A stretch of DNA of 47,775 nucleotides from the NCBI GenBank assembly GCA_018398765.1, contig JAHBMJ010000434.1, positions 1-47,775 on the forward strand, read 5' to 3'. The position numbers and the translations under genes are program-made. Numbering within the stretch: position 1 is the stretch's first letter; every line of letters starts with the position of its first letter. Below are positions 44,601-47,775 of the stretch, one piece after another. The notes beneath the pieces are model-generated. The model searched no databases, had not been told where the DNA came from, and saw nothing but the letters and a program-made list of their open reading frames with translations. The DNA comes from Chromera velia (lineage: Eukaryota).

Positions 44601-46401
44601 CCTGTAAGGTGTTGCTTAAGTTATTGTTGCTCACGTTCCTTCTCTAGATCTTCCCCAGCCTGAGGGTTCTTGTCCTCACTTTACCTAAGGCTTGTGTCTG
44701 GACGCCACAAAACGGCTGGACAGGAGGGACAAAGCAGTAATATGATGGTTACTGGATTATGTCACTGGTCTTGAAGTTCTTTCAAAACAACTAACAATAG
44801 AAATACTGTATCAATGACCACCAATGACCTGAAATGCATTGGCCAGACTACTTTGCCCACGTGACTGCAAAAGTGCATATCCCGGCATAACCTACATGAG
44901 GTGATAACCAACAGCACGTCAGACTCCTAGACTAAGTGCATGTTATCTAAGAGACGGAGTCGGACAGAGTCCGACCTTCATCTGACGATATGTCAAAAAG
45001 ATATATGGAAGCCAGAGTTGAAATTCAGAGACAGAATAGCTTTGTACAGACTTTAAAATCATTTAAATTTGTCCGTTTTGTCAACTATCGTCAACATAAA
45101 AGTTGTGAACGATAAACTGTGAGGGAGACTCCTGGGAGAGATAAGAAATGTTCTAAGTACTTCTGGACCACAATCCGACGATTGTGTTAATGGGTTGTGA
45201 AGTAACTCCTTATATCTAAAAAGTTGTTTGATGATGGTTCTAGCTAAAACCGTGGTATCACCATGCCTGCATCACACCAAAGTCAAGCGTAGTCTAGCGT
45301 AGTCAGACGCACAAGCGTACCAAAGCGTACCGCTGCAACCATTAATTTGGTATTGAATTTGCAGTTAATTCGTGCGTACTAATTTTTTTAGAATTTTTGG
45401 CATTATTTATGTGTACAATTATACTGTATAAAACCTCCCTGAACCTATTAGTAAATGCTACTTGAAAAAATATAATCAAGATGATCTCTATCTGTAGCAT
45501 CTTTTTTTAAGGAGCCATCCACGCCTGCAGTGTAGATGGTCAAGGCACTGTCTAGATATGCGGCTTTTACTTTCAAAACACCATAAATGATCTACGCCTG
45601 CGGCATAGACTTTCAAGTTTATCCAAAAATGTGGCTTGAACTTTCAAGTAGTAGTTAAGTTCAGGGAGGTCCTCTATAATACTCCAAGTAGTACTCCAAT
45701 TTAACCGTTGCAAGTGTCATGCGGTTATTGGTGATGGTATTAAGCTATTATTAATATAATATTGAGCTTCCCAAACAGGCCTAGGCGCCGGCATAGGTTG
45801 GTGCCTTAGAAGCGTACACTAGCGTACACAATAGGGTCAGAAACCTAGGCACCAACCAAAGCCACATGACACGGAGGCCGGGTGATGTACATGGATCATT
45901 CGTGCACACTATATATGCAGGGAAACACCCAAACCTCAAAGAAAAATATGTAGGGGAATTGTTTGGTAAGTGCCCCCTGCTACGCTTTCCGGGGCCATAT
46001 GCTGCCACACCCGAGCCGGCCTCAATGAAGCTCAACACTTTGTATGGCCCCGGAAAGCAAAGCGGGGGGCACTTATAAAATAAAAATACCCCAGCCCATA
46101 TGTATGCACGCTAGTCTTTCACCAAAAACCTGGCCCCGAAAGACTGAATTTACGCTATGCGTGCATCAGATAGGTTCCAGATCTGTTTAACCCCAGGCGT
46201 TTAATTTTTCCGCGGGGGGGGGGTTCTGCACTGTTTTTTTCCTGCGCGGGGGGAGGTTGACGCTATACCATGCACCATGCTTTATTCCTTCTGTCTAGCC
46301 GCCTTGTGGCGTCCAGACAGAAGGTAAAGCGAGGACAAGAACCCTAGGGAAGATCTAGAGAAGGAACGTGAGCAACACTAACTCAAGCAACACTCTATAG
46401 G
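44601..46401. repeat. Inverted pair of a ~130-bp repeat (44601-44736 vs 46278-46401)
   Basis: tgttgctcacgttccttctctagatcttccc...gggttcttgtcctc...tgtctggacgccacaa is the reverse complement of 46304-46377, with indels. Confidence 0.85.
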
Positions 46402-47200
46402 AGGTTTGGCTCTATATTAGTTTAACCGCTAACGCGATCTCCCAGTAGGATTCCAATCAGCTGGGTTCATTCTATCATGTAGGTTTCTGCTCAGTCCTCT
46501 TTTTATTCCTCTTTCTCAGACTCTCGATCTATGACAAACAGACATCAGACTCAAACGATGCTATCCGTTGCTCGAGTGACATATTGCTTGAATACGAAGA
46601 TCAGACTTGACTTCAACAACTTTGATCGACGCGCGCGACACGTATGAAGCAAAGCGTGGCGGCGGAGCCTGGCGTCGGCATGCGGGTTCATTCAGATACA
46701 GCGTATGCGAAGGTCCAGAGGGCGGTGCCACAGGGTAGGACTCTACAGATCCCCCCCGGCTACATGCACCAATTAATGCAGCACCATAGCCGGCGTGCGT
46801 TAATCGTGCAGTTCTCATTTTTTTTGCTTTCTGAGGCCGTTTGCAAGCTTGCTTGCGTCAGATAAGTGCCCCTCAGCTTCGCTTTAATTCCAGGCTATGC
46901 ATGTATCTGATGCAAGCAAGCTTGCGAACGGCCCCGGAAAGTAAAAAAAATGAGAACTGCATGAGATTAACGTACGCCGGCCAGCCTCGCGCCAACCCCC
47001 CCCCCCCNNNCTGCGGGAAAAAAGCATGCGCGGAACCCCCCCCTCCCCTGGGAAAAAAGCCCGGGGGTAAGTGGAGATCTGAAAGTTTAACCCATCTGAC
47101 GTACGCATGTCATAAATTCAGCATTTCGGGGCCGGGTTTTTGGTGAAAGATCTGACGCAAGCAAGCTTGCGAATGGCCCCGGAAAGCAAGAAAAAATTGC
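45967..47200. repeat. Nested inverted-repeat (foldback/MITE-like) complex
   Basis: 46116-46263 inverted to 46989-47150; 46789-46864 inverted to 46904-46981; 45968-46000 inverted to 46042-46076; shared ggccccggaaag module at 46046, 46930, 47175. Confidence 0.85.
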
Positions 47201-47775
47201 AACCGTATAGTTGACGCATGCTATATATATAGCTGTTTGAAGTGGATTGAAGCCACGCAGAAAAGTGCACTCACATGCAGTCAGGAGGGGGATAACCCGG
47301 ATGTATGTAAGACTTCATTTGTTTTCTAAAAAATATTGTAGAATGAAAACTAAGTTTAAGAAAATTTAAATCCATAATATAATTAATTTTCTTATATGTT
47401 CTTAACCATCCTTTATATTTTTTGTATGAACAGCCGAAAAAAAGTTTATAATGGATCTGAAATTTACAGGTCAGCCTGGATTAAACCTATAAACAAATTT
47501 ATCAACAATTTTTATAACTTGATATAACTTGTTATCATTAAAAAAACCTTAATGCAAACTTTTAAGACTTAATCAAGAAATGACTCCTAATGACTCCTTA
47601 ACGCTCACTATGGTTTCATTTATTATGTCTCAATCTTCAAAGTACGTTTACTGCGTTGAGTTCATCTGTTTGAAGATCAACGATCATCATCTGATTGCTC
47701 TTGATTTCGCAGACAAAGATCCATTAGACGTGGGACGGAAGGAGAGAGAGAAGGGGTCTCTCTCTCCCCCGTTCT

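Noticed and set aside
43500..47700. Protein-coding or RNA genes in the right flank
   Set aside because: Only short ORFs without motifs or consistent splice signals; no tRNA or rRNA pattern recognised.

Overview
Eukaryotic, intron-dense, microsatellite-rich genomic DNA (GT-AG introns with tgcag acceptors, (TCTG)n/(TCAG)n/(GA)n tracts, abundant TGCATG). A chrompodellid/Chromera-like alveolate is a plausible source, but that is inference only. Two large genes diverge from a ~1.16-kb intergenic region. (A) Minus strand, 20769->3472, ~37 exons, ~2150 codons: signal peptide, prodomain, subtilisin S8 with intact D/H/S triad, Thr-rich mucin stalk, two tandem EGF-helical-GAIN/GPS modules, one TM helix and an acidic/Pro-rich tail. 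Only the membrane-proximal GPS keeps the autoproteolytic HL|T motif. (B) Plus strand, 21931->42782, >35 exons: a Cdc15/Cdc7/SepA/MAP3K-epsilon-type kinase with a C-terminal ARM/HEAT-like region. The introns carry about ten copies of an AT-rich hairpin insert (TTTTCTTTCATACAGAATTC...GAATTCTGTATGAAAGAAAA), each flanked by unusually long 26-54 bp direct duplications of host DNA, several of which copy a splice site. The flanks hold a 5'-truncated RTE-like LINE whose ORF ends in a C2H2 finger plus a chromodomain-like fold, a second short copy of it with a clean 8-bp TSD, two adjacent ~200-bp satellites and a nest of inverted repeats. Gene models were built by hand from splice signals and phase continuity; no searches were run.
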